Assembly: GCA_965205865.1 (NCBI GenBank)
Contig: CBDBHR010000027.1
Location: 170,923 to 234,922, forward strand
Direction of reading: 5' to 3'
DNA from: a bacterium
Lineage (GTDB): Bacteria > SAR324 > NAC60-12
Length of the DNA: 64,000 nt
Numbering within the stretch: the stretch's first letter is position 1; each line of letters starts with the position of its first letter. The notes below the pieces were generated by a model. The model had not been told where the DNA came from. It ran no database searches and saw nothing but the letters and a program-made list of their open reading frames with translations. The position numbers and the translations under genes are program-made. This document shows positions 11,355 through 19,922 of the stretch, one piece after another.

Positions 11355-11879
11355 TCACTGGATTAAACAGGAAAAAGGATGATGAGCATTGTCCGGTGGG
11401 TGACAAACGCATGTCTGAGTATTGAGATTGTTGCCACATTGGGGACAGATACCCCGACAATCCTCCGAACAGACCCTTTTCATCGGAAGTCCCAATAAGA
11501 TCTGCTCTTCCACAATTTTTTGTAAATCCAAGCATTCGCCTTGATAAATCCCCACATCCAGTTCTTCGCCGGATAACATGACGTCCCCCGACAGCTCCTT
11601 GTCTGATTCGGCTGGGGACAGCGTCAACTCCAGGGTTTCATTTTGAAAATATCGATAGGATTCCAAACATCGATCACAATTGAATATCATCTCTCCTTCG
11701 ACTACCCCCTTGACAAAAAAGAATCTGTCTTGGCGCGAAATTTGGAGCCGAAATAGTGCTCCATGGGGCTGATTCCCAATTGCAGTGAGAATATCTTCCA
11801 TGTTCTCATAAGGAATCTTTCCTTGATATTTGAGAGATTTCCCTTCACCAATATCCCGAATGCGTACCTGTAAATCCAT
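11355..11879 (-). CDS. yceD: DUF177/YceD 23S rRNA accumulation protein
   Basis: CDRCL, PMKRVCSEDCRGICPQCG; upstream of rpmF. Confidence 0.9.
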   Translation of the reverse strand: MDLQVRIRDIGEGKSLKYQGKIPYENMEDILTAIGNQPHGALFRLQISRQDRFFFVKGVVEGEMIFNCDRCLESYRYFQNETLELTLSPAESDKELSGDVMLSGEELDVGIYQGECLDLQKIVEEQILLGLPMKRVCSEDCRGICPQCGNNLNTQTCVCHPPDNAHHPFSCLIQ

Positions 11880-11947
11880 TGGTCTCGTTCACCGGCTCTT
11901 TTCGTGGCAATTTAAGAATATCTCTAATGACGGAAACAACAGCTCCG

Positions 11948-12259
11948 TCAATAACCCAATTCCGCCCGTCTTTCGTCGGCAGTGGGCAAGGGATCTTTCT
12001 TTTCTGTAATTACAGGGTATTTCTCACACATTTCCGCATTGAGTTCCGTCCATTCTTCCCAATTTTGAGGAACATCCACATCCGCAAAAATTGCTTCTAC
12101 GGGACATTCTTCTACGCATGCGTTGCAGTCGATGCAAGTCTCCGGATTGATATAGAGCATTGTTGGCCCTTCGTGGAAGGCTTCTACCGGACATACTTCA
12201 ACACAGTCCGTGTATTTACAATTGTTACAGTTATCAACTACCGTGTAGGTCATGCTCAA
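11948..12259 (-). CDS. fdxA: 7Fe ferredoxin (FdxA-type)
   Basis: CNNCKYTDCVEVCPV and CIDCNACVEECPV cluster motifs. Confidence 0.9.
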   Translation of the reverse strand: MSMTYTVVDNCNNCKYTDCVEVCPVEAFHEGPTMLYINPETCIDCNACVEECPVEAIFADVDVPQNWEEWTELNAEMCEKYPVITEKKDPLPTADERRAELGY

Positions 12260-12454
12260 CTCCCAACAGATATGAAGAATTTTTCAGATGATAAGAATGT
12301 TCGTTGATGAGCGATCAATGGGATACGCCAAACCGAACGATTTGCAGGTTTCAATCGAGGTAATTTAGGGCAACTTCAATAAAGATGCAATGCTTATTTA
12401 GATGGATGTGAACCGGGAATAAAGAAGATAACAAAGTAATTCACTGTTCGAACT

Positions 12455-12529
12455 TGGCTGGGGTGGCAGGGATCGAACCTGCGTATGACGGGATCAAAAC
12501 CCGCTGCCTTACCGCTTGGCGACACCCCA
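12455..12529 (-). tRNA. tRNA-Gln(TTG)
   Basis: Reverse complement TGGGGTGTCGCCAAGCGGTAAGGCAGCGGGTTTTGATCCCGTCATACGCAGGTTCGATCCCTGCCACCCCAGCCA: cloverleaf, TTG anticodon, GGTTCGA T-loop, CCA end. Confidence 0.95.
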
Positions 12530-12852
12530 AAATGAGAAGACAGATTAGTGAAATTCCGAGTTTTTGTCAAGATTTACAGTGCTCTCGGCAATGCTAATTC
12601 TGAAATCTCGACAATCTTGGTTTAAAATTTAAAATTATTTATCATGAATTCATACAAGAAATCACATTCACATTGAATTTGAAGGACTCCATCCAGTTTT
12701 TACCCACATTGGAGTTCCTTTTCCCTGAAAATTGATTCTTGCCGATAGATCCAAAATGTTCTCCCTCATAGAGCTTTGCTTGTGAAATAACAGCTTATAT
12801 GAGATAAATTGCTGATGGAATACAAGATTGAAGAAAGACTCGCAACAAAACA

Positions 12853-13626
12853 GTGCTTTTTTTTATGACAGGTCGATCAACTCTCATTCAGAACGGGATG
12901 TTTTTCATGTGGAAATTCTCTCTTTTGCTCACGATTTCGGTGATTCTGCTCCCCGCGGCAACTCATTCTTTTTTTGATAGATTCGTACAAGATGATTTGC
13001 AAAAGAAAATACTTCCCATGCTGGATGATCCTTTGCTGGAAAATCGATTTTTTGCCACTCAGTCACTGTTGAATTTTCCGGAATGGTCTCTTCCCCTCAT
13101 TCGCAGAGCTATTCAGGATCCACAGTTTCAAACCATCCATTGGCGCCTGGCTTATTTGTTGAGTGTTCTAGGTGCGCAAGCAGACATTCCTTTGCTGTTA
13201 AAAGGAATGCCTGCAGAGCATTTTTCCTTACAAAGCAAAATCTGGAAAGGGGCTGCGGAACGTCTTTTTTGGAGACACCGACGGAGTATGAGTCGGCGTT
13301 ACATCATTTCCCGTCTTCGGTTTTTGCCAGAGCAGCGCAGTGAAGAGATTGTGAAAGGCAAATTGCTCTATAAGATCGTCAATCCCGACAGTGAAGGACG
13401 CTTGGTGCATGTACATTTTGATTTATGGCATGCCCGCTTGGAAGAAGCATCCTTCCCCTCTTTTTATTGGATCGAGGCAGGTCGTGATCTTGAAGCGGAA
13501 ATCCCCCTCACTATTAGCACGTCGCCCGGGTCGAGTTCCCTGCGAATTGACTTGAAAGTGGAAGAAGTCGGTACCAATCAGGGCTTCGTCCATCACAAAA
13601 TACGGATCCCTCTCCCTCGTCAATAA
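12853..13626 (+). CDS. Hypothetical exported protein, HEAT-like helical N-terminal part
   Basis: Long ORF with a signal-peptide-like MWKFSLLLTISVILLPAA; true start probably near 12898-12907. Confidence 0.55.
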   Translation: MLFFMTGRSTLIQNGMFFMWKFSLLLTISVILLPAATHSFFDRFVQDDLQKKILPMLDDPLLENRFFATQSLLNFPEWSLPLIRRAIQDPQFQTIHWRLAYLLSVLGAQADIPLLLKGMPAEHFSLQSKIWKGAAERLFWRHRRSMSRRYIISRLRFLPEQRSEEIVKGKLLYKIVNPDSEGRLVHVHFDLWHARLEEASFPSFYWIEAGRDLEAEIPLTISTSPGSSSLRIDLKVEEVGTNQGFVHHKIRIPLPRQ

Positions 13627-13835
13627 ATGAAGGACTATCCGTTCTCCGATTTTTTCCAAGTACGAAAACAATAAATTAATTCTAAGGTGCTGCCAGATTG
13701 TCGGAACATACGTAATCGTGACTTTTGTAGAAAAAAGTGAGAAATAAAAAAGAGAGCAAGAAGGTCAGGCCATTCAGACTTTGAGGGAATCAAACACTGG
13801 CAGTACATTTTCCGCACATCGTACGCATCTCAATA

Positions 13836-14882
13836 TCACTTCGTTTGCGTTTGTCTTTCCAATTCTCTGATGGGAAGAAAGGGAAGAAAATTCCTGCCTA
13901 ATTGGGGATCCGCAATCACTTTGTTTACATGAGGCAGGATCTCCTCCATGGTTTCGATCCGAATCCTTTCTTTTGTAATTTCTTTCGCTTCTTTATACTC
14001 TTCATAAATAGAATTGAACCGTTGTGCTTTTCCGGCGGCGATGAGGACCGTTTTTTCTGCGTAGGCCTGTGAATCATTGAGTAGTTGAGCGGCTTCCCCG
14101 CGAGCTTTAGGTATCAGATTGTTCCGGTATCCATGGGCTTCATTAATCATTTTTTCCCGGTCTTCTTTAGCGCTGGCAACATCTTTGAATGCTTCTTTTA
14201 CAGGATCAGGCGGATGCACATCCTGCAATTTGACATTCTCGATTTTTATACCAGCAATATAGGTGTTCAAAACTCTTTGTAACAATTGAGCAGTTTCTAA
14301 CTCAATGGCACCCTTTCCCGTAGTAATGGCATCGTCAACCGTCGTTCTGCCAATCACTTCACGCATGGCCGCTTCCGAAGCAGCGCGCACGGTATCCAGA
14401 GGATCCGTGACATTGAAGAGATATTCAGGCAATGAAACAATCCGGAACTGAACAATGAAGGAGACGTCAATAATGTTTTCATCACCTGTTAACATCAATG
14501 CTTCTTTGGTAACTCGCCGGTATCGCGCCGGTGGTCCTTGTTCAATCGTCCGGAAACCAATTTCAATACGACGAACTTCCTTGACGTTTTCTATTAAGAC
14601 AGATTCAAAAGGGACGGGAAAGGCTATATGAGGTCCGGGTTCCTCGATTCGGTTGAATTCACCAAATCGTTTTACCACTGCCTGTTCCGGAGGTTCTACA
14701 ATGAAAAATCCCGTCATGATCCAGACGATCAATGCTCCAATGACAATCAAGCCAAGAAAGCCACGCCCTTGAAAACGATTTTTGAATCGGTCTTGAAGAT
14801 TGTTCAAAATCTCATCCACGTTTGGTTGTGCCGGTTTTTTGCCCCACGGCGATTTATCGGGCGGTTTATTCCATGAATCCAT
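13836..14882 (-). CDS. hflK: FtsH protease modulator HflK (SPFH domain)
   Basis: N-terminal W-N/PWG motif, single TM, MLTGDENI, VKEAFKDV, IPKARGEA. Confidence 0.93.
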   Translation of the reverse strand: MDSWNKPPDKSPWGKKPAQPNVDEILNNLQDRFKNRFQGRGFLGLIVIGALIVWIMTGFFIVEPPEQAVVKRFGEFNRIEEPGPHIAFPVPFESVLIENVKEVRRIEIGFRTIEQGPPARYRRVTKEALMLTGDENIIDVSFIVQFRIVSLPEYLFNVTDPLDTVRAASEAAMREVIGRTTVDDAITTGKGAIELETAQLLQRVLNTYIAGIKIENVKLQDVHPPDPVKEAFKDVASAKEDREKMINEAHGYRNNLIPKARGEAAQLLNDSQAYAEKTVLIAAGKAQRFNSIYEEYKEAKEITKERIRIETMEEILPHVNKVIADPQLGRNFLPFLPIRELERQTQTK

Positions 14883-15273
14883 ATTTTCCGACTAATTAAA
14901 GTTGCTCTCTATCGATCTCACCCTTCCCCTGCAGGAGTTGGGTGTCAGCTTTAGCAATTTCTCCACTGCTGGCGAGTAAATCAGAGGAAGGGAAACGATT
15001 AGTCTTCTTTTCCGCCTTATTCATTTCTGTATACCAATTGACTTCTCGTCCGGAAGCGATTACTCGTTTCATAATTAAGAGAATTACATATTGGAGAAAT
15101 TTACGCAAGTTTTTTGTTCGTGAAGGAAAGTTTTTGAGATTGCCGTTTTTATTCTTGCAGTGGTAACGTATGCCTTATGCTCTGTTTTACTGCATACGGA
15201 AACCACAACAAAAGAAATGAAAAAATTTCGTCGTACCGTTCAATGAATCCTCTTACCGCCATCAGGGAAATCA

Positions 15274-16179
15274 ATGACAGCGAAAATTATATCCGGAATC
15301 CGCTTGCGTGAAGTAATTCTGGAAGAAATTACCGGAGAAGTCCGGCTGATACGGGAAAAACATGGCGTGGTTCCGGGTTTGGTCACTATTTTAGTGGGAA
15401 ATGACCCTGCTTCAGTCTCTTATGTCTCCTCGAAAATAAAAACGGCTCACCATGTGGGCTTTCATGAAATTCAGGATAGTCGACCGGAGATCATCACTGA
15501 AGCAGACTTGTTGGCATTGATTGATCATTACAATCACGATGAGCTTATTCACGGAATTTTGGTACAACTCCCCTTACCGAAACAGATCAATGAATCCAAT
15601 ATTATCAATGCAATCGATCCGGACAAGGATGTCGACGGCTTGCATCCCATTAATACAGGTCGACTCGTCATCGGAGGTGATATGGTTCGCTTTCCTTCCT
15701 GCACGCCTGCTGGGATTCTGGAGATGATCATCCGCTCAGGCGTGCAAACCCAAGGGGCCGAAGTGGTGGTGGTGGGACGATCCAATTTGGTGGGAAAGCC
15801 CATTGCCAACATGTTGCTGCAAAAAGCAAAAGGCGCTAATGCCACCGTCACCGTCGTACACACAGCCACAAAAAATATGGCAGTGCATTGTAGACGGGCT
15901 GATATTCTGATCGTGGCCGCCGGTGTCCCGAACCTGGTACAATCCGACTGGATCAAACCCGGTGCCTGTGTCATAGATGTGGGCACGAACAGAGTGGGGC
16001 TGAAAATAAGCAAAAAAACCGGAAATTCAGTCGCGATTTTAAAAGGAGACGTGGACTTCGAAACTGCAAAAGAGGTGGCAGGTCATATCACTCCCGTGCC
16101 TGGTGGAGTTGGACCTATGACCATCACGATGCTCATGAGGAATACATTGAACTCCTTAAAGTTCAAATTGGGCATCTGA
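15274..16179 (+). CDS. folD: Bifunctional methylenetetrahydrofolate dehydrogenase/cyclohydrolase
   Basis: VQLPLP, KDVDGLHP, GRSNLVGKP, TPVPGGVGPMT. Confidence 0.97.
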   Translation: MTAKIISGIRLREVILEEITGEVRLIREKHGVVPGLVTILVGNDPASVSYVSSKIKTAHHVGFHEIQDSRPEIITEADLLALIDHYNHDELIHGILVQLPLPKQINESNIINAIDPDKDVDGLHPINTGRLVIGGDMVRFPSCTPAGILEMIIRSGVQTQGAEVVVVGRSNLVGKPIANMLLQKAKGANATVTVVHTATKNMAVHCRRADILIVAAGVPNLVQSDWIKPGACVIDVGTNRVGLKISKKTGNSVAILKGDVDFETAKEVAGHITPVPGGVGPMTITMLMRNTLNSLKFKLGI

Positions 16180-16206
16180 ATCAGTTGTCTGAAAGCAGGA
16201 CGATTT

Positions 16207-17214
16207 CTATCCGTTTTGTGATCTGGTTTTGGCTGGAGAGTCCCTGTGGTCAAAAATCCAGCGCAAAACGCCGCCAAGGCTGAATCGGGAGGTTTGTTCT
16301 TTGAGGTAGGTCGTCGTTCCCGTGATTTCTCCCGCAACCAGTATACCACTTTCAACGGCAGGGCCGATTCCCTCTCCTAAATCGACCGAAGCCAGTCCCG
16401 CTGAATCGCCGACGAGAAAACAGCGATCTTTTTTTACGCTCCCTTCATAGGCAAACAAATAATAAGGATGCCCCTTGTCCTTGATTTGTCCAGCCGTATC
16501 CGGGTCTAATAAATTTCCTTTTACCAAATCCTTTAGAAAAGAGCGATAATGGTCATGAATGTTCGTTGCGGATTCTTTAAAATAGCGGCTCATACCTCCT
16601 AGTCCAATATTCACAAACCCATTACCCTTTGGCACATACCAGGCGTATCCTTTCAATCCCCGGGGAAAGAAATATAGGTGACAGATGTCTTGACGGGCAG
16701 GATATTCAAATTCATATTCCAGCGTGGCGATTTGGAGTTCTTTATTGTGGACATCAGGAAAAAAACTTTTCCTTACCGGGCACATAGTCCCTCCGGCACC
16801 CACTAAATTATTACAGGAATACTGACCGTCAATGATGTATTGTCCACCTATTTTTCCGATTTTTTTCACGTGATGTCGCTCGACAGGAGTTCCGGAACGT
16901 TTTAACAGCCACTGATCAAATTCAATACGCCGGATGGAAAAATTGGACCAACGTGTGGGAAACCAGGAAAGAGAAAAAGGAAGAAAAGGGAGATGTATTC
17001 TGGTATCCAATTCCGAAATGGGGTGAGGATAGTCCTCCGTGGTGAATTTCAGATCCTCCATCACCTTGGCCGTAATCCAGCCTGCGCACAGTTTTAGGCG
17101 GGGAAACGTCTGTTTATCCAGAATCAGGACATCACTCCCGGTATTCTTGAGTTTCCAGGCACAACTACTTCCGGCAGGGCCCCCGCCTACAATAATGGTT
17201 TCATGAAATTTCAT
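16207..17214 (-). CDS. FAD-dependent oxidoreductase, geranylgeranyl reductase family
   Basis: GGGPAGS, FPRLKLCAG, GYAWYVPKG, GDSAGL...GEGI. Confidence 0.85.
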   Translation of the reverse strand: MKFHETIIVGGGPAGSSCAWKLKNTGSDVLILDKQTFPRLKLCAGWITAKVMEDLKFTTEDYPHPISELDTRIHLPFLPFSLSWFPTRWSNFSIRRIEFDQWLLKRSGTPVERHHVKKIGKIGGQYIIDGQYSCNNLVGAGGTMCPVRKSFFPDVHNKELQIATLEYEFEYPARQDICHLYFFPRGLKGYAWYVPKGNGFVNIGLGGMSRYFKESATNIHDHYRSFLKDLVKGNLLDPDTAGQIKDKGHPYYLFAYEGSVKKDRCFLVGDSAGLASVDLGEGIGPAVESGILVAGEITGTTTYLKEQTSRFSLGGVLRWIFDHRDSPAKTRSQNG

Positions 17215-17229
17215 GGTCCCCTTTGCGCA

Positions 17230-18435
17230 TTAGCGAATGGTTTGGTAACCCCCTAAAACACCTTTGCGGGATAAGACCAATTGCCAGAGCGAAATATATC
17301 TCGAGCGAAACCCTCCGGCAACTGACATTAAATAATATTTCCACATCCGGTAAAACATGCTCCTGCTCATCCCTTTCAACTCTAAATAGTTGGGGATCTT
17401 GGCACTGCTTTGCCAATCATTGTCGAAATTCTCAAACCATGCCATCAAGGTAGTATGGTAATCCACTCCAAAATCATGCCAGTCCTCTAAGACCAGGACA
17501 TTGTCGATGGCGTTGCCCAAAGATTTGGGAGAAGGAAGAGTGCTGTTAGGAAAGATGTATTTGTTGATCCAGGGATCGACCTCGACGTCATATTGATCGG
17601 TGCCGATGGAATGCAATAAAAACAAACCGTGATCTTTCAACTGTTCTGCAACCAGACGCAGCCATGATTTGTAGTTTTTCACTCCTACATGCTCACACAT
17701 CCCGATGGAAACCACTTTATCAAATTTTTGGCTGGTAGGGTTATAAATATGTCGATCTCTGTAATCACAAAGATGAAATTCAGCCGCGTCTTTGCAGTAT
17801 TCGCGCGCAAACTTGATTTGCTCTTCAGAAATGTTGACCGATACAAGGTGACAACCATATTTTTCGGAGGCATATTTTGCAAATCCTCCCCAACCGCACC
17901 CCATCTCAAGCACTTGTTCTCCTTCCTGCAGTCCGAGTTTCCGGCATATCAAATCGTATTTTGCATATTGGGCTTCATCGAGGGTTTTGGCATCTTTCCA
18001 GTAGGCACAGGTATATGCCATGGTTTTTCCCAGCATCTCCCGGTACATTTCGTTGCTCAAATTATAATGAATTTCAGCAACTTTTTTTGATCGTGTCCGA
18101 GATTGACGATTGAGCAAAAAAGCCTCCGTCCATGTCCGCAGGTAGCGTAAAGGATGGTCCAACAAGTTGCGTTTGTGCAGCAGAGTAATGCGATAGAAAA
18201 ACTCGTCCAACTGTTCGCAGTCCCACCACTCTTCCATATAGCATTCACCCAGACCAATGGAACCCTGAGTAAACAAACGATTATACAAACGCTCATCCTT
18301 CACTTGAAGGTCCCAAGGATTGCTTCCGTTGATCTGAATACCAGCCTTATTAGCAATCTCATGGATCAGTTCTCTTGCTCTTTTCTTCCTTCCTATTTGA
18401 GTAGTTAGTCCTTCTACTAAAACCTTTGCATCCAT
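17230..18435 (-). CDS. cfa: Cyclopropane-fatty-acyl-phospholipid synthase
   Basis: HYNLSN, YTCAYW, LEMGCGWG, SIGMCEHVG, KYIFP, YRMWKYYL. Confidence 0.93.
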   Translation of the reverse strand: MDAKVLVEGLTTQIGRKKRARELIHEIANKAGIQINGSNPWDLQVKDERLYNRLFTQGSIGLGECYMEEWWDCEQLDEFFYRITLLHKRNLLDHPLRYLRTWTEAFLLNRQSRTRSKKVAEIHYNLSNEMYREMLGKTMAYTCAYWKDAKTLDEAQYAKYDLICRKLGLQEGEQVLEMGCGWGGFAKYASEKYGCHLVSVNISEEQIKFAREYCKDAAEFHLCDYRDRHIYNPTSQKFDKVVSIGMCEHVGVKNYKSWLRLVAEQLKDHGLFLLHSIGTDQYDVEVDPWINKYIFPNSTLPSPKSLGNAIDNVLVLEDWHDFGVDYHTTLMAWFENFDNDWQSSAKIPNYLELKGMSRSMFYRMWKYYLMSVAGGFRSRYISLWQLVLSRKGVLGGYQTIR

Positions 18436-18459
18436 AACATCACTCCAAACATTTTTTTA

Positions 18460-19392
18460 TCAATTGCATAACTCCATCAATTCACGAAGATCCGCTACCC
18501 TTCCCGGGCTTCGGGATGATTTTTGACAATTTCCAGAATTTTCTGAGAGAATTTGACCAATCATCTTATCTTTTTCCTCCCAGAGGGTCAGAACCCATGG
18601 TTTGAGTCTGCCATGCGGGATAGGCAACTCACGCACATGGATGATGATCACAGAAACCTTACCACACAACATGTCCCATAAACGGGGAGAGGGGCGGTTT
18701 GGATAGACAATCGTGATATCCAGAATTGCAGTGAGATATTCCCTCAAGTTTGACAAAACAATAGCCGCAGTGCCAAATCGTGGCTTTAGCAGATATCGAT
18801 AAGAAAAGGATTGTTCTTTCTGCTTTGCTTCGCTGAAGCGAGTGCCTTCCGGAAAATTGAGGATGGAAAAGGGAGCTTTTTTCAACTTCCGACAAACTTT
18901 GCGAGTGGTTTTCAAATCCCTACCGCGCAATTCCGGGTGCCGTTTTAAACTATCCGGAGAATAGCGTTTCATCATGGGAAAATCCAGAGCCCACAGAGAA
19001 GTGCCAATGAAAGGTAACCAAATCAATTCCTGTTTGATAAAAAACTTAAGAGGTGGAATCCGATGGATCAAGCTGCATTGTAATCCGAGAATGTCAATCC
19101 AACTAAGATGATTGGAGATCACCAAATAAGACCCATGTGGATTGAGCTTCTCCATCCCTTGGATTTTCCAATCAATTTTTTGAGTGAGCCTGAATACGAG
19201 GCGGTTTCCATCCGTCCATGCCGTTAAGAGCTTTTCCAGAGTGTGAGTCAAATGGTTTTGCAATTTTGCATGAGGAATTGCAATTTTGAATAGAGTGACC
19301 GTGGAAATCGGAATGAACCAAATTATGGTATTACAGCAAATTAAAAAAATGGTAACACAACCCAATATCCATGGTGGTAAGAAATGCAGCAT
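18460..19392 (-). CDS. PlsC/YihG-family acyltransferase
   Basis: NHLSWID (HX4D), KFFIKQEL, FPEGTRF. Confidence 0.88.
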   Translation of the reverse strand: MLHFLPPWILGCVTIFLICCNTIIWFIPISTVTLFKIAIPHAKLQNHLTHTLEKLLTAWTDGNRLVFRLTQKIDWKIQGMEKLNPHGSYLVISNHLSWIDILGLQCSLIHRIPPLKFFIKQELIWLPFIGTSLWALDFPMMKRYSPDSLKRHPELRGRDLKTTRKVCRKLKKAPFSILNFPEGTRFSEAKQKEQSFSYRYLLKPRFGTAAIVLSNLREYLTAILDITIVYPNRPSPRLWDMLCGKVSVIIIHVRELPIPHGRLKPWVLTLWEEKDKMIGQILSENSGNCQKSSRSPGRVADLRELMELCN

Positions 19393-19578
19393 CGCACGAT
19401 TGTAGTTGGGACTTGAAGCAAAAATGTGTGTAAAAAAATATCGAAATCAGTTATTCGACTTGAATTTAATTTCCGGATTTTCCTTTAATTTTTATGCCGA
19501 GGAATTATTTTCTCCCACACAATAAAGGAAAATCAGTGCTGATCAAAATTATTCAGTTCGGCTAACCTCTCCAGTCCA

Positions 19579-19845
19579 TCAGTCTAGTTTACTACACCAT
19601 CCCTGTAGGGTTTCAGTGACCTTAAAATATTCCAGTTGTTTGGTGATTTCCTTGGATACGGAGGATTGCGCAGTTTCTCCAATGTGGGTCCAACCATAAC
19701 TGACTCCCCATACGCCGACCAGCATGAGCACAACCCAAGGCAATAAGGGCAGTCCCTGCCTGGCAAATCGGTAGAAGCCAAATATAGCTAGCAGACCTCC
19801 CGTCGTCAATAGAACCAGTGAAATCAGATCAACGTTTTCCAGCAT
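19579..19845 (-). CDS. Small membrane protein with two TM helices
   Basis: Two hydrophobic segments; co-oriented with neighbours. Confidence 0.55.
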   Translation of the reverse strand: MLENVDLISLVLLTTGGLLAIFGFYRFARQGLPLLPWVVLMLVGVWGVSYGWTHIGETAQSSVSKEITKQLEYFKVTETLQGWCSKLD

Positions 19846-19922
19846 ACCTTGCCCTTTCTTTGTAGAGGTTGATGTGATTTAAAGATGAATTCGGTACCAT
19901 CTTTTGTCAATTCAATGTTCTG

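Noticed and set aside
12455-12850. tRNA-Gln as an integration site
   Set aside because: No integrase or duplicated tRNA 3' end is visible, and the flanks are housekeeping genes.
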